From Nemertoderma westbladi (lineage: Eukaryota > Animalia > Xenacoelomorpha): DNA of 64,000 bases. Shown piece by piece: positions 1 to 13,814 of the stretch. The notes beneath the pieces were generated by a model, which saw only the letters and a program-made list of their open reading frames with translations, was not told where the DNA came from and did no database searches. Every line of letters starts with the position of its first letter. Within the stretch, counting starts at the first letter, position 1. Position numbers and translations under genes: made by a program. The stretch lies in contig JAUCBJ010006404.1 of NCBI GenBank assembly GCA_032718475.1, positions 5,558 through 69,557 on the forward strand, written 5' to 3'.

Positions 1-165
1 TGAGACGAGATGTTAATGATATATTTAGACGAGATTGAGACGAGATGTTAATGATATATTTAGACGAGATTGAGACGAGATGTTAATGATATATTTTGAC
101 GAGATTGAGACGAGATGTTAATGATATATTTAGACGAGATTGAGACGAGATGTTAATGATATATA
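1..165. repeat. 35-bp tandem repeat (TGAGACGAGATGTTAATGATATATTTAGACGAGAT), ~4.7 copies, truncated by window start
   Basis: Unit restarts at 1, 36, 71, 106, 141. Confidence 0.95.
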
Positions 166-330
166 GGTAAAGGTAAAGTTTCAGTTACACTAAAACAACA
201 GTTACTGTATTACCTACATTAACTTAGATTACTATCTGCATCTCGGCTGATAAAGTTGAACGAAAATTCAGCAGTAGCCTATTGCGGCGGCTGAACAAAG
301 TCATGTGGTTGCGGTCGAACGATGTCGGCT

Positions 331-660
331 GGCTGTCGCTGAATGATTGCAGGATGGGGACCTGGGTTTCAACTTGTGTATTGGTTTGGTTGTATTGAAT
401 TCGCATTTCTCCGGAGGACGTGAGTTCAATCCCAGGGTTAGAGCCAGAGGTCAGAGCAGTTTTCGTTTCGATACGAATGCTTTAAAGGACTGTGACTTGC
501 ATCCTTAAATGATAGCTAAATGAGTACTGGCGTTTCCAGGTTTCCTCTAGAGATTATATTTCTGGGGGAACAGCACTGGAAATAAGTCTTCAGACTTTGT
601 GCGTAATCCCTGGCCTAACGGGTGAAGAAAACTTTTACATTATTTTTTACTTTTACTTTG
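331..660 (+). mobile_element. Degenerate SINE-like element; boundaries approximate
   Basis: B-box-like GAGTTCAATCC at ~422 and a (CTTTTA)-type tail near 632-659. The segment GTTTCG-N-ACGAATGCTTT(T)AAAGG recurs on the - strand at ~51242-51266 after a tRNA-like A/B-box head. Confidence 0.5.
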
Positions 661-1952
661 GGTTGGCATAATGAAACAATTAGCCATGTTACTGAGTTAA
701 AACTTTTCAGATTCCTATTGCCAAACTGTAAAGAACGTTGGAAATCTCAATAATATATACTACAAACAATTAACGTCAAAATTTCGAAGCTATATAATTT
801 GAATGCTGCCACAACCGCGATAAATAGGAAATGTATAACTGCATGGTAGAGCTAATGCAGTAATGGTAATAAATTACACTGCATAAATTGCACCAACGCA
901 AATGTAATTTTAATGGGGAAATCCAGATGCGCGTTTATATGCGTAAGTGGTACATAAGCGACTGCACTGTATCAAATGACAAAATAGCCATCAGACGCCA
1001 TCTGTTTCTAAGAATTTTTATTACTGTCATTACTCAATAGATCAAAGCGACAATAATTGTTACTTCGACGAATGGTTACTACGGATTAGGCATCTCATAT
1101 ACCTATGCTCGTATTAACATTATCATAAAGTAATCGTTGACAGGCAAGACATGACTCACTCTTAGTTAACTAAGTAGTTAACTAAACTCCATTGTTCCAC
1201 CATGAGGCAATTAGACCACGTACACACACACAGCAAGATGAGACATCATCTATTTATTGAAAACTATTTATGACGGCAATTTTCTTAGAAGCATAAAGGG
1301 ATGCCGAGCAGAACATTTTATATATAATATTAGTTAGTCAGTATTGTTAAATAATTGGGGTTGACACATTATCAGCTGCTCTCCGTTAATATGCTTTGTG
1401 AGCTTTATTGCTAATTCTTCTGGACCAATATTATAGGCGATTCATTCAATGTTTTTTGTTGTTGCTATAAACTAGCATGATTTGCAGAGACTGGTCGATA
1501 ATTTGCATCCAATAATTTATGTCAATCAATGATATAATGGACATGGATTCTTGTTTCAAGACATACTGAGGACATTGGGGTGTGTTGGTGTGTGTGTGTG
1601 TGTGTGTGTGTGTCTGTATTGTATTTAAGTATGCTGTGGAACTTTTCGAAATTATGTCGATGACGAATAATATTGCAACTAGTGTCCCCAAATGGTAGCT
1701 GTCTGCTGTGTTCATCTTAAACAGCTCACTACCCCATGTTAGGATTTTTACTGTCAGATAATTGTAAACGGTATTCGAACAGAATTGGAAATGCGTTATA
1801 TGTCTTTGACCAAGGTCACTATACCGACTATATACTACGCCGAGGCTTATTCAATGGCCTGTCTGAGCGAAATTACGCAACCGCAACGACCTATATCACC
1901 CATAATTATCGGAATTTTAGCAGTATCTTCTACGCAGGCAGTCTAAGATAGC

Positions 1953-2070
1953 CATGGGTTGTCCACCATGCTTGTTCTCTCCATATTGGGCAGTGTCTGT
2001 TTGTTTCTCACGGCGAAAGCAATGGTGTGCAATGAGGAGGCGGGTCTGTTTAAGTGTCAAGCTTTGGGGG
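1953..2070. repeat. Dispersed repeat fragment, second copy at ~53264-53378
   Basis: CATGGG(T/C)TGTCCACCATGCTT...CTCACGGC...GGAGGCGG...AGTGTCAAGCTT(T)GGGGG is shared by both sites. Confidence 0.75.
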
Positions 2071-2145
2071 ACTAACAATAATATCGTAATTAATATCTTA
2101 ACAAATTGGGAATGTACAAAACTCGGTGGTAACATCTTATTGCTC

Positions 2146-2409
2146 TGACAGTGTCCAAATGGATACGGCGCCTGGACTTCTGGCACAATAGTGTTTGGTG
2201 GCGCAGGTTCGAATACGACAAAAGGATGTAGAGATTTCGCACTGTTGTGTCTCTAGGCAAGACACTTAAGACATCAGTGTCTTCGTCAACCCAGTAGTAT
2301 AATGGGAACCTGTCTTTGCAGTCTTTGTCTAATAATAATAAAAGCGCTTTGAGTATGCAGAGCGTAGAAAAGCGCTATATAAATAATCAATATTATTATT
2401 ATTATTATA
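2146..2409 (+). mobile_element. tRNA-derived SINE with L2-type 3' tail
   Basis: B-box GGTTCGAAT, central GTGTCTCTAGGCAAGACACTT motif, tail AAGCGCTTTGAG...GAAAAGCGCTATATAAAT followed by (ATT)n, as in L2-partnered SINEs. Confidence 0.8.
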
Positions 2410-2750
2410 GCGAAGGCAGTAATACCCTCCACCACCCGACAGGCCAGCCTGGCAACCGACCGACGACCACGGAATAAAGTAGCACTTAGCCATTGAGATT
2501 CAATATTTTCATAAATATTTTAGTGACATGGATTACAATATTGGGATACCAACTAACTATTATTCATATGTACCCAAGGACAGTTTGATTTTATTCAAAT
2601 GAAAAGCGCCATTCTTAAGGATGGCAATCCTGAAATTTATGGCAGTTAAATGGCAGGCAGTATAATACTGGGGAGTCACTAAACATTCCTGAATTCACAT
2701 AAGAGAGAATACCTCGTTATTTATCAATGCAGACTTCAAACAAAATTTTA

Positions 2751-4433
2751 AAGAATTTGAGGGTACCGGTACTATTATTAGAACGAAGAATTTGAGGGTA
2801 CCGGTACTATTATTAGAACGAAGAATTTGAGGGTACCGGTACTATTATTAGAACGAAGAATTTGAGGGTACCGGTACTATTATTAGAACGAAGAATTTGA
2901 GGGTACTGGTACTATTATTAGAACGAAGAATTTGAGGGTACCGGTACTATTATTAGAACGAAGAATTTGAGGGTACCGGTACTATTATTAGAACGAAGAA
3001 TTTGAGGGTACCGGTATTATTATTAGAACGAAGAATTTGAGGGTACCGGTACTATTATTAGAACAAAGAATTTGAGGGTACCGGTACTATTATTAGAACG
3101 AAGAATTTGAGGGTACCGGTACTATTATTAGAACGAAGAATTTGAGGGTACCGGTACTATTATTAGAATGAAGAATTTGAGGGTACTGGTACTATTATTA
3201 GAACGAAGAATTTGAGGGTACCGGTACTATTATTAGAACGAAGAATTTGAGGGTACCGGTACTATTATTAGAACGAAGAATTTGAGGGTACAGGTACTAT
3301 TATTATAACGAAGAATTTGAGGGTACCGGTACTATTATTAGAACGAATAATTTGAGGGTACCGGTACTATTATTAGAACGAAGAATTTGAGGGTACCAGT
3401 ACTATTATTAGAACAAAGAATTTGAGGGTACCGGTACTATTATTAGAACGAAGAATTTGAGGGTACCGGTACTATTATTAGAATGAAGAATTTGAGGGTA
3501 CCGGTATTATTATTAGAACGAAGAATTTGAGGGTACCGGTACTATTATTAGAACGAAGAATTTGAGGGTACCGGTACTATTATTAGAGCGAAGAATTTGA
3601 GGGTACCGGTACTATTATTAGAACGAAGAATTTGAGGGTACCGGTACTATTATTAGAACGAAGAATTTGAGGGTACTGGTACTATTATTAGAACGAAGAA
3701 TTTGAGGGTACTGGTACTATTATTAGAACGAAGAATTTGAGGGTACCAGTACTATTATTAGAACGAAGAATTTGAGGGTACCGGTACTATTATTAGAACG
3801 AAGAATTTGAGGGTACCGGTACTATTATTAGAACAAAGAATTTGAGGGTACCGGTACTATTATTAGAACGAAGAATTTGAGGGTACCGGTACTATTATTA
3901 GAATGAAGAATTTGAGGGTACCGGTACTATTATTAGAACAAAGAATTTGAGGGTACCGGTACTATTATTAGAACGAAGAATTTGAGGGTACCGGTACTAT
4001 TATTAGAACGAAGAATTTGAGGGTACCAGTAGTATTATTAGAACGAAGAATTTGAGGGTACTGGTACTATTATTAGAACGAAGAATTTGAGGGTACCGGT
4101 ACAATTATTACAACGAAGAATTTGAGGGTACTGGTACTAATATTATTAAAACAAAGAATTTGAGGGTACTGGTACTAATATTTAAACGAAGAACTTAAGG
4201 GTAGTGGTACTATTATTAGAACGAAGAATTTGAGGGTACCGGTACTATTATTAGAACAAAGAATTTGAGGGTACCGGTACTATTATTAGAACGAAGAATT
4301 TGAGGGTACTGGTACTAATATTAGAACGAAGAATTTGAGGGTACCGGTACTATTATTAGAACGACGATTTTGAGGGTACCGGTACTATTATTAGAACAAA
4401 GAATTTGAGGGTACTGGTACTATTATTAGAACG
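2751..4433. repeat. 35-bp minisatellite (AAGAATTTGAGGGTACCGGTACTATTATTAGAACG), ~48 copies
   Basis: GGGTACC recurs at 2761, 2796, 2831 and onward with no spacers. Confidence 0.97.
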
Positions 4434-4542
4434 GAAAATTTGATAGTACGAAATTTAAACAGAAACTCTTTAATTTTTAAATATTAATATCAAAATGCTA
4501 AATATCCTTCTCTGTAAAATAGTATGGTTTACATTAAAAGAC

Positions 4543-7500
4543 TTTCTCCCCACATGCACCATTATCTTGATTTCTCCACACATGCACAATTATCTTGCTT
4601 TCTCCACACATGCACCATTATCTTGATTTCTCCACACATGCACCATTATCTTGCTTTGTCCACACATTCACATGCATCATTTTCTGGCTTTCTCCACACA
4701 TGCACCATTTGCTTGCTTTCTCCAGCACTATTATTTTGCATTCTCCACACATGCACCATTATCTTGCTCTCTCCACACATGCACCATTCTCTTGCTTTCT
4801 CCACACATGCACCATTACCTTGCGTTCTCCACACATGCACCATTATCTTGCTCTCTCCACACATGCACCATTCTCTTGCTTTCTCCACACATGCACCATT
4901 ATCTTGCTTTATCCACACATGCACCATTATCTTGCGTTCTCCTCACATGCACAATTATCTTGCTTTCTCCACACATGCACCCTTATATGGTTCTCTCCAC
5001 ACATGCACCATCCTCTTGCTTTCTTCACACATCCACCATTACAGTACCTTGCGTTCTCCATACATGCACCATTATCTTGCTTTCTCCACACATGCACCCT
5101 TATATGGCTTTCTTCATACATGCACCATTACCTTGCGTTCTCCACACATGCACCATTACCTTGCGTTCTCCACACATGCACCCTTATATGGTTCTCTCCA
5201 CACATGCACCATCCTCTTGCTTTCTTCACACATCCACCATTACAGTACCTTGTGTTCTCCATACATGCACCATTATCTTGCTTTCTCCACACATGCACCC
5301 TTATATGGCTTTCTTCACAAATGCACCATCCTCTTGCTTTCTTCACACATGCACCATCCTCTTGCTTTCTTCACACATGCACCATTATCTTGCTTTCTCC
5401 ACACATGCACCATTACCTTGCGTTCTCCACACATGCACCATTATCTTGCGTTCTCCACACATGCACAATTATCTTGCTTTCTCCACACATGCACCCTTAT
5501 ATGGTTCTCTCCACACATGCACCATCCTCTTGCTTTCTTCACACATGCACCATTACTTTACGTTCTCCACACATGCACAATTATCTTGCTTTCTCCACAC
5601 ATGCACCATTACCTTGCTTTCTCCATACATGCACCATTATCTTGCTTTCCCCACACAGGCATCATTTTCTTGCTTGCTCTCTCCACACATGAACCATATT
5701 CTTGCTTTCTCCACACATGCACCATTCTCTTGCTCTCACCACACATGAACCATATTCTTGCTTTCTCCACACATGCACCATTCTCTTGCTCTCTCCACAC
5801 ATGAACCATATTCTTGCTTTCTCCACACATGCACCATTCTCTTGCTTTCTCCACACATGCACCATTCACTTGCTTTCTCCACACATGCACCATTCTCTTG
5901 CTCTCTCCACACATGGACCATATTCTTGCTTTCTCCACACATGCACCATTCTCTTGCTTTCTCCACACATGCACCCTTATATGGCTCTCTCCACACATGC
6001 ACCATTCTCTTGCTTTCTCCACACATGCACCATTATCCTGCTTTCTCCACACATGCACCATTACCTTGCGTTCTCCACACATGCACCATTATATGGCTCT
6101 CTCCACACATGCTCCATTCTCTTGCTTTCTCCACACATGCACCCTTATATGGCTCTCTCCACACATGCACCATTCTCTTGCTTTCTCCACACATGCACCA
6201 TTATCCTGCTTTCTCCACACATGCACCATTACCTTGCGTTCTCCACACATGCACCATTATCTTGCTTTCTCCACACATGCACCATTCTCTTGCTTTCTCC
6301 ACACATGCACCATTATCTTGCTTTCTCCACACATGCACCATTCTCTTGCTTTCTCCACACATGCACCCTTATATGGCTCTCTCCACACATGCACCATTCT
6401 CTTGCTTTCTCCACACATGCACCATTCTCTTGCTTTCTCCACACATGCACCCTTATATAGCTCTCTCCACACATGCACCATTCTCTTGCTTTCTCCACAC
6501 ATGCACCATTCTCTTGCTTTCTCCACACATGCACCCTTATATGGCTCTCTCCACACATGCACCATTCTCTTGCTTTCTCCACACATGCACCATTCTCTTG
6601 CTCTCTCCACACATGAACCACATTCTTGCATTCTCCACACATGCACCATTCTCTTGCTTTCTCCACACATGCACCATTCTCTTGCTTTCTCCACACATGC
6701 ACCATTCTCTTGCTCTCTCCACACATGAAACATATTCTTGCTTTCTCCACACATGCACCATTCTCTTGCTTTCTCCACACATGCACCCTTATATGGCTCT
6801 CTCCACACATGCACCATTCTCTTGCTTTCTCCACACATGTACCATTAAGCTGCTTTCTCCACACATGCACCATTACCTTGCGTTCTCCACACATGCACCA
6901 TTATCTTGCTTTCTCCACACATGCACCATTCTCTTGCTTTCTCCACACATGCACCCTTATATGGCTCTCTCCACACATGCACCATTCTCTTGCTTTCTCC
7001 ACACATGCACCATTCTCTTGCTTTCTCCACACATGCACCCTTATATGGCTCTCTCCACACATGCACCATTCTCTTGCTTTCTCCACACATGCACCATTCT
7101 CTTGCGCTCTCCACACATGAACCACATTCTTGCATTCTCCACACATGCACCATTCTCTTGCTTTCTCCACACATGCACCATTCTCTTGCTTTCTCCACAC
7201 ATGCACCATTCTCTTGCTCTCTCCACACATGAACCATATTCTTGCTTTCTCCACACATGCACCATTCTCTTGCTTTCTCCACACATGCACCCTTATATGG
7301 CTCTCTCCACACATGCACCATTCTCTTGCTTTCTCCACACATGCACCATTATCCTGCTTTCTCCACACATGCACCATTACCTTGCTTTCTCCACACATGC
7401 ACCATTATCTTGCTTTCTCCACACATGCACCATTACCTTGCGTTCTCCACACATGCACCCTTATATGGCTCTCTCCATACATGCACCATTATCTTGCTTT

Positions 7501-9466
7501 CCCCACACATGCATCATTTTCTTGCTTGCTCTCTCCACACATGAACCATATTCTTGCATTCTCCACACATGCACCATTATCTTGCTTTCTCCACACATGC
7601 ACCATTATCTTGCTTTCTCCACACATGCACCATTATCTTGCTTTCTCCACATATGCACCATTACCTTGCGTTCTCCACACATGCACCCTTATATGGCTCT
7701 CTCCACACATGCACCATTATCTTGCTTTCTCCACACATGCACCACTATGTTGCTTTCTCCACACATCCACCATTATCTTGCTTTCTCCACACATGCACCA
7801 TTACCTTGCGTTCTCCACACATGCACCCTTATATGGTTCTCTTCACACATGCACCATTACCTTGCGTTCTCCAACATGCACCATTATCTTGCTTTCTCCA
7901 CACATCCACCATTAGCTTGCGTTCTCCAACATGCACCATTATCTTGCTTTCTCCACACATGCACCATTACCTTGCATTCTCCAACATGCACCATTATCTT
8001 GCTTTCTCCACACATGCACCATTATCTTGCTTTCTCCACACATGCACCATTATCTTGCTTTCTCCACACATGCACCATTATCTTGCTTTCTCCACACATG
8101 CACCACTATGTTGCTTTCTCCACACATCCACCATTACCTTGCGTTCTCCAACATGCACCATTATCTTGCTTTCTCCACACATGCACCATTATCTTGCTTT
8201 CTCCACACATGCATCATCCTCTTGCTTTCTTCACACATGCACCATTATCTTGCTTTCTCCACACATGCACCATTATCTTGCTTTCTCCACACATGCACCA
8301 TTATATGGTTCTCTTCACACATGCACCATTATCTTGCTTTCTCCACACATGCACCATTACCTTGCATTCTCCAACATGCACCATTATCTTGCTTTCTCCA
8401 CACATGCACCATTACCTTGCATTCTCCAACATGCACCATTATCTTGCTTTCTCCACACATGCACCATTATCTTGCTTTCTCCACACATGCACCATTATCT
8501 TGCTTTCTCCACACATGCACCATTATCTTGCTTTCTCCACACATGCACCACTATGTTGCTTTCTCCACACATCCACCATTACCTTGCGTTCTCCAACATG
8601 CACCATTATCTTGCGTTCTCCACACATGCACCATTACCTTGCGTTCTCCACACATGCACCATTATCTTGCTTTCTCCACACATGCACCATTATCTTGCTC
8701 TCTCCACACATCCACCATTATTTGGTTCTCTTCACACATGCACCATTCTCTTGCTTTCTCCACACATGCACCATTACCTTGCGTTCTCCACACATGCACC
8801 ATTACCTTGCGTTCTCCACACATGCACCATTATCTTGCTTTCTCCACACATGCACCATTACCTTGCGTTTTCCACACATGCACCATTCTATGGTTCTCTT
8901 CACACATGCACCATTATCTTGCTTTCTCCACACATGCACCATTATATGGTTCTCTTCACACATCCACCATTACCTTGCTTTCTCCACACATGCACCATTA
9001 CCTTGCGTTCTCCACACATGCACCATTATATGGTTCTCTTCACACATGCACCATTATCTTGCTTTCTCCACACATGCACCATTATATGGTTCTCTTCACA
9101 CATCCACCATTACGTTGCTTTCTCCACACATGCACCATTACCTTGCGTTCTCCACACATGCACCATTACCTTGCGTTCTCCACAAATGCACCATTACCTT
9201 GCTTTCTCCATACATGCACCATTACCTTGCGTTCTCCCCACATGCACAATTATCTTGCTTTCTCCACACATGCACCATTATCTTGCTTTCTCCACACATG
9301 CACCATTATATGGTTCTCTTCACACATGTACCATTACCTTGCGTTCTCCACACATGCACCATTATCTTGCTTTCTCCACACATGCACCATTATCTTGCTT
9401 TCTCCACACATGCACCATTGTATGGTTCTCTCCATACATGCACCATACCCTTACTTTCTCCACACA
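4543..9466. repeat. 28-bp minisatellite (TTCTCCACACATGCACCATTATCTTGCT), ~175 copies with variant classes
   Basis: Direct periodicity; source of the spurious H/T/C/L-rich ORFs in all frames. Confidence 0.97.
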
Positions 9467-11523
9467 TATATACTGATGAATATGATTAACGCAAAATAAA
9501 TTATTGCTGTTCAATGACTTCCTGGCTGGAACCTACATTACCTTTATTTACATTGCCAAGCTCTGTAGTATTTGACTTAATAATGGTGCCAGAAAAATAG
9601 TTTGGCTAAACTTCTAGCAACTACTATTGCATGTGAGGTGACAAGGTGGCCTGTTAATGGAAATAGAAACATTCTCAAATGAGAGTTTGAGTTGTTTTGT
9701 ATAGAATACATATGATATTTCAGAGATCAGATATGTATGTGAAATTGCTTAATGTGATCGATACTATTGCAAGCTGTTAATTCAATTCTTCAAAGTCAAC
9801 ATTATTGATAGTCATTAAAAATATACAGACAGATGTTATTAACATATATGAATTCCATTAGAGAATTCAGAGTGAGACTCTGCAGTATATAGGAATCAAT
9901 AGAATATCTTTACACGTAAAAATTATACAGAAATATACCGAATATACAAAAAGTGATGATTCTACTTTTTTCTTGTGGATGAAATACATATTGTCACAAT
10001 GATGACTTACCTATTTCTGTAATAATGTTGTTTAAAAAGGAATTGCGATAATTTTGTGTGCAAATATAAAAGTGCTTATATTTATGTTTACGTATAAGCT
10101 TGGTAATATATACGTACAGTATTATACAAATATACATAACTGATATGGAGGTATGCAAATCTCAAAATGTATTTCAGATCAAGCAAGTGTGCTTTCCACG
10201 TTTGGCAATACATAACGACATTAACAAAGACTGGGAAATCTCTATGATTGAGGAGTGGCGTATGATATTTATATTTTATACATAAAATATAAAAACTTAC
10301 ATTGGGTGTGGCGTGGAACGGAATGTTTATTATCACTCACTTATATTTATACAATAAAAGTCAGTGGCTTCCATAATTGTAGTTATAGTAAAGTCCCCAA
10401 CCAGCAATAGGACATTCCTATTCTCAACAAGTAATATGAATGAATGTAACCTCCATTAAACATGAACAAAATCAATACGTTTTGAGTTTGCCAATTTAAA
10501 AGTTTGCAATGAAGAGTGCTTCAGATCGCTGTTCACTAATATGTTATGGTATATTTTAAAAAATCAAAAGTCTCACATAATTAATGGGAGTTTTCCTATA
10601 AGAGTTTTCCTATAATCTTGAAGTACAATTAAATGGTAGTTACTTAGAGCAGTGCCATTGGCATGCCTCTGACAACCATTATATATATACAGATTGCACC
10701 AGTTAACCTCTACTAACCCCGATCGTTACCCCCCAATGACAGCAGTGAGCTATTGTGAACTTTTCCATATCTGATAAATTGGTATAATAACATTTGTCAT
10801 ATAAATATTAAACAATACATTATATTGCCACGATTTGAATATTGACAAGTGTTATCAGTGAAACATTTTCAGAAATAGAAAATAATAGAATGGCTTTATC
10901 TGATAGCAAATAGCCCTTTCGCGGTGAACCTTGTGCTCAAAAGATAAATGATATTTATCTTCCTATTGCCATGAATTGCTAAGCACATATGCCTCTATGC
11001 AGAATGTATGTAAACCTAACTAACACTTAAACCACAGCTTGTATATTTCTCACTGAATGCCATTTTCAGTTTCACTAAAACTATATAAAATGAATAAGAT
11101 GCATGTGTTGTGTTATATTATATTCCTGGTACGATGTGTTGTATAGATACATAGATATATACATGAGAAATGTTAAAGTTCAGATAAATTTGGGATGATG
11201 CAGTTGCGGTTGGGCATGTTGAAAAAATCCTATAATAGAGATATTTAATCACGAACTTTCTGTTTCTGACTAGCTTTCAGACACTAGCATGATAATTATT
11301 ATATATAAATATAGTCAATGTGAAAAAAAAGCTTTAGAGTTGTAAATCACTTGCCCAGTACGATACTTGTTATACTATAAATGTTAAATGGTTTGTCGAT
11401 TGTATTGTCAAGTATATCACTTGGCCAGTCACTTTCAATTTTTTGAATCGGTTTTACAAAACATCAAAATAACAAACTACTTATTGCTGGTTATTTTTTC
11501 CGCACCATTATGTTTATGTATTA

Positions 11524-12438
11524 CACCATGACCCGTAATAAAGTGTCATTTTCTGTTGACACGGACCCCCCCAAATTTTTCTACAAATCTTTATCATATT
11601 GCTTGAATTTTGAAACACAACTAGTTCAACTCACCGCGGTTGTTACCATGAAGCCGGAATTTTCGGTTTCGCCTTTAAATTTTTTCTATAAGCGTTTAAA
11701 ACAGTATCTTTTGTGAAATCGCACCATCCGTATCCTTGCCATTCTCCACATTAGTCGTAATTTTTTCATATCAATAGAAAGCTTGCGTTGCAAGGATTCG
11801 AAACATGTAAACATAATAATTTGAATTTCGTTGAGAAACAGCTGAGATATAGGAGTTCAAAGATTGCAAGAATTATCGTTCGCTGCAGGCCATTTATTCT
11901 ATTCAATAAATACACAATGTTCTGGAACAATTTGTTTATGTATGAATAGCTACGCAATATAGATATTGTATAGGCATTCCGCTGTTGCCTACCAACTCAT
12001 AAAACAAATAACAACACGTTCTAGAATTTTGTGTATTTATTAAATTCTATTTATTAAATAGAACAAATGGCATACAGAAAGAACAATAATTCTTGCAATC
12101 TTTGAATGCCTATATCTCAGCTGTTTCTCAACGAAATTCAGCTATTGTTACATATTTGGAATCCTTGCAATTCAAGCTTTCTATTGATATGAGAAATATA
12201 CGACCAATGTTAAGAATGGCAATGATACGGATGGTGTGATTTCGCAAAAGATACTTTTTTAAGACGCTTATAGAAAAAATTTAAAGGCGAAATAAAAAAT
12301 TCCGGCTTCATGGTAACAACCACTGTGAGTTGAACTAGATGTGTTTCAAATTTCAAGCAATATGATAAAATTTGTAAAAAAATTTGGGGGGGGGGGTCCA
12401 TGTCACCAGAAAATGACACTATATTAAGGGCCGTGGTG
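11524..12438. mobile_element. Foldback MITE, Tc1/mariner-type (TA TSD), long imperfect TIRs
   Basis: TA|CACCATGACCCGTAATAAAGTGTCATTTTCTG ... CAGAAAATGACACTATATTAAGGGCCGTGGTG|TA; nearly the whole element is an inverted repeat. A partial left end recurs at 13260-13360. Confidence 0.85.
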
Positions 12439-12613
12439 TACTACTTCGAAGTATTTCGATAAAGTTTGATAAGAATGTTTAGATCCTATCAACTAGTATT
12501 TCATATGCAATTCATATAAACCATGATCTGAAATATACTGTACACGACCCCCCTCCAAAAAAAATATCTACAAAATGTTAATGAGATTACATGAAATTTG
12601 AAACATATACAGT

Positions 12614-13058
12614 TTCACCTACATCCTCGTTACTGGGAGAACCAGAATTTTTATTTTCGCTTTCAATGTCTAGCTAGAAGCGTTTGAAAAAAGAGTCTCA
12701 GGCGATATTGCACTAGTCGAACTGCAGTTATTCTTGAAACTTTTAGTAATTGGTTGTTTTAGCAATGGAAAGCTAGCCGTGCAATTATTCCAAATATGTA
12801 AAAACATTTTAATTTGTTTTGATAATGGCTGAATAATTTTGAGAAAATCTTGAAAATTTGAATGCCCATTAACCAGCTATTTTCAACCAAATTTAAAAAT
12901 GTACATATTTGGAATACTTGCACGGCCAACTATCCACTAGTACGACTGTAGTTCGACTGGTGCAATATCGCCGGAGACTCTTTTTCCAAACGCTTCGCAA
13001 AGATTGAAAGCGAAAATAAAAATTCTGGCACTCCCAGTAAGGACGTACAGTAGGTGAA
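12614..13058. mobile_element. Related foldback MITE remnant
   Basis: Arms ~12614-12730 and ~12944-13058 are inverted copies (AAGCGTTTGAAAAAAGAGTCTC / GAGACTCTTTTTCCAAACGCTT). Confidence 0.65.
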
Positions 13059-13382
13059 AAGGCAACTTTGTGAAATAAATATATTACGTATTTATGCACA
13101 CATGAAAACCAATATAATTATCTCCCTTATGGCCCATTTATCTATAATACACCTCGATCGCAACGCTAACGCTGTTACATTTCTCCATATAGTTAATAAC
13201 ATGTAGGCCTATCCACATTATATGTTATAGGTTAGGCAATATTTTTGTGTTCAAACATACACCATGACTCGTAATAGTGTCATCATTTTCTGATGACACC
13301 GAACCCCCCCCCCCCCCCCCCCCCCAATTTTTTTTTACAAATTTTATTCATATTGCTTGATATTGCGGTATATTGCGGTAAC

Positions 13383-13814
13383 ATAGTGTATGGATGATAT
13401 AAATAAAATAAAATATTGAGGGTCTTTAGCTGGTTATATTATATTAAATAAAGATACAATATTAAACGTTTTCGACCTACCGGTCTGCATCAGACTATGT
13501 ACTGGCAACTAACAGGAGGAGTAGAGGGTCTATATAAAAATGAGTTAATGGGGAATACCTGATAGGTAAATATATACAATATAATATATAAATATATAAT
13601 ATATATACACACTAACTTTTCTGGGATTTACCTATCAGGTATTCCCCATTAACTCATTTTTATATAGACCCTCTACTTTTCCTGTTAGTTGCCAGTACAT
13701 AGTCTGATGCAGACCGGTAGGTCGAAAACGTTTAATATTGTATCTTTATTTAATATAATATCGCCAGCTAAAGACCCTCAATATTTTATTTTATTTCTAT
13801 CATTCATACACTAT
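13383..13814. mobile_element. ~190-bp near-perfect inverted repeat carrying a hammerhead-like motif in each arm (Penelope-like inverted terminal repeat)
   Basis: Arms 13383-13570 and 13628-13814. Motif CTGATGC-A-GACC-GGTA-GGTC-GAAA-ACGTT-TA at 13704-13734 and its reverse complement in the left arm. Confidence 0.6.

Noticed and set aside
2751-4433. CRISPR-like 35-bp repeats with an internal palindrome
   Set aside because: Units are head-to-tail with no unique spacers, there are no cas genes, and the context is eukaryotic.
4524-9499. Long ORFs up to 1243 aa (His/Cys-rich)
   Set aside because: They are open in several frames only because the 28-bp unit lacks stops; there is no non-repeat coding context.
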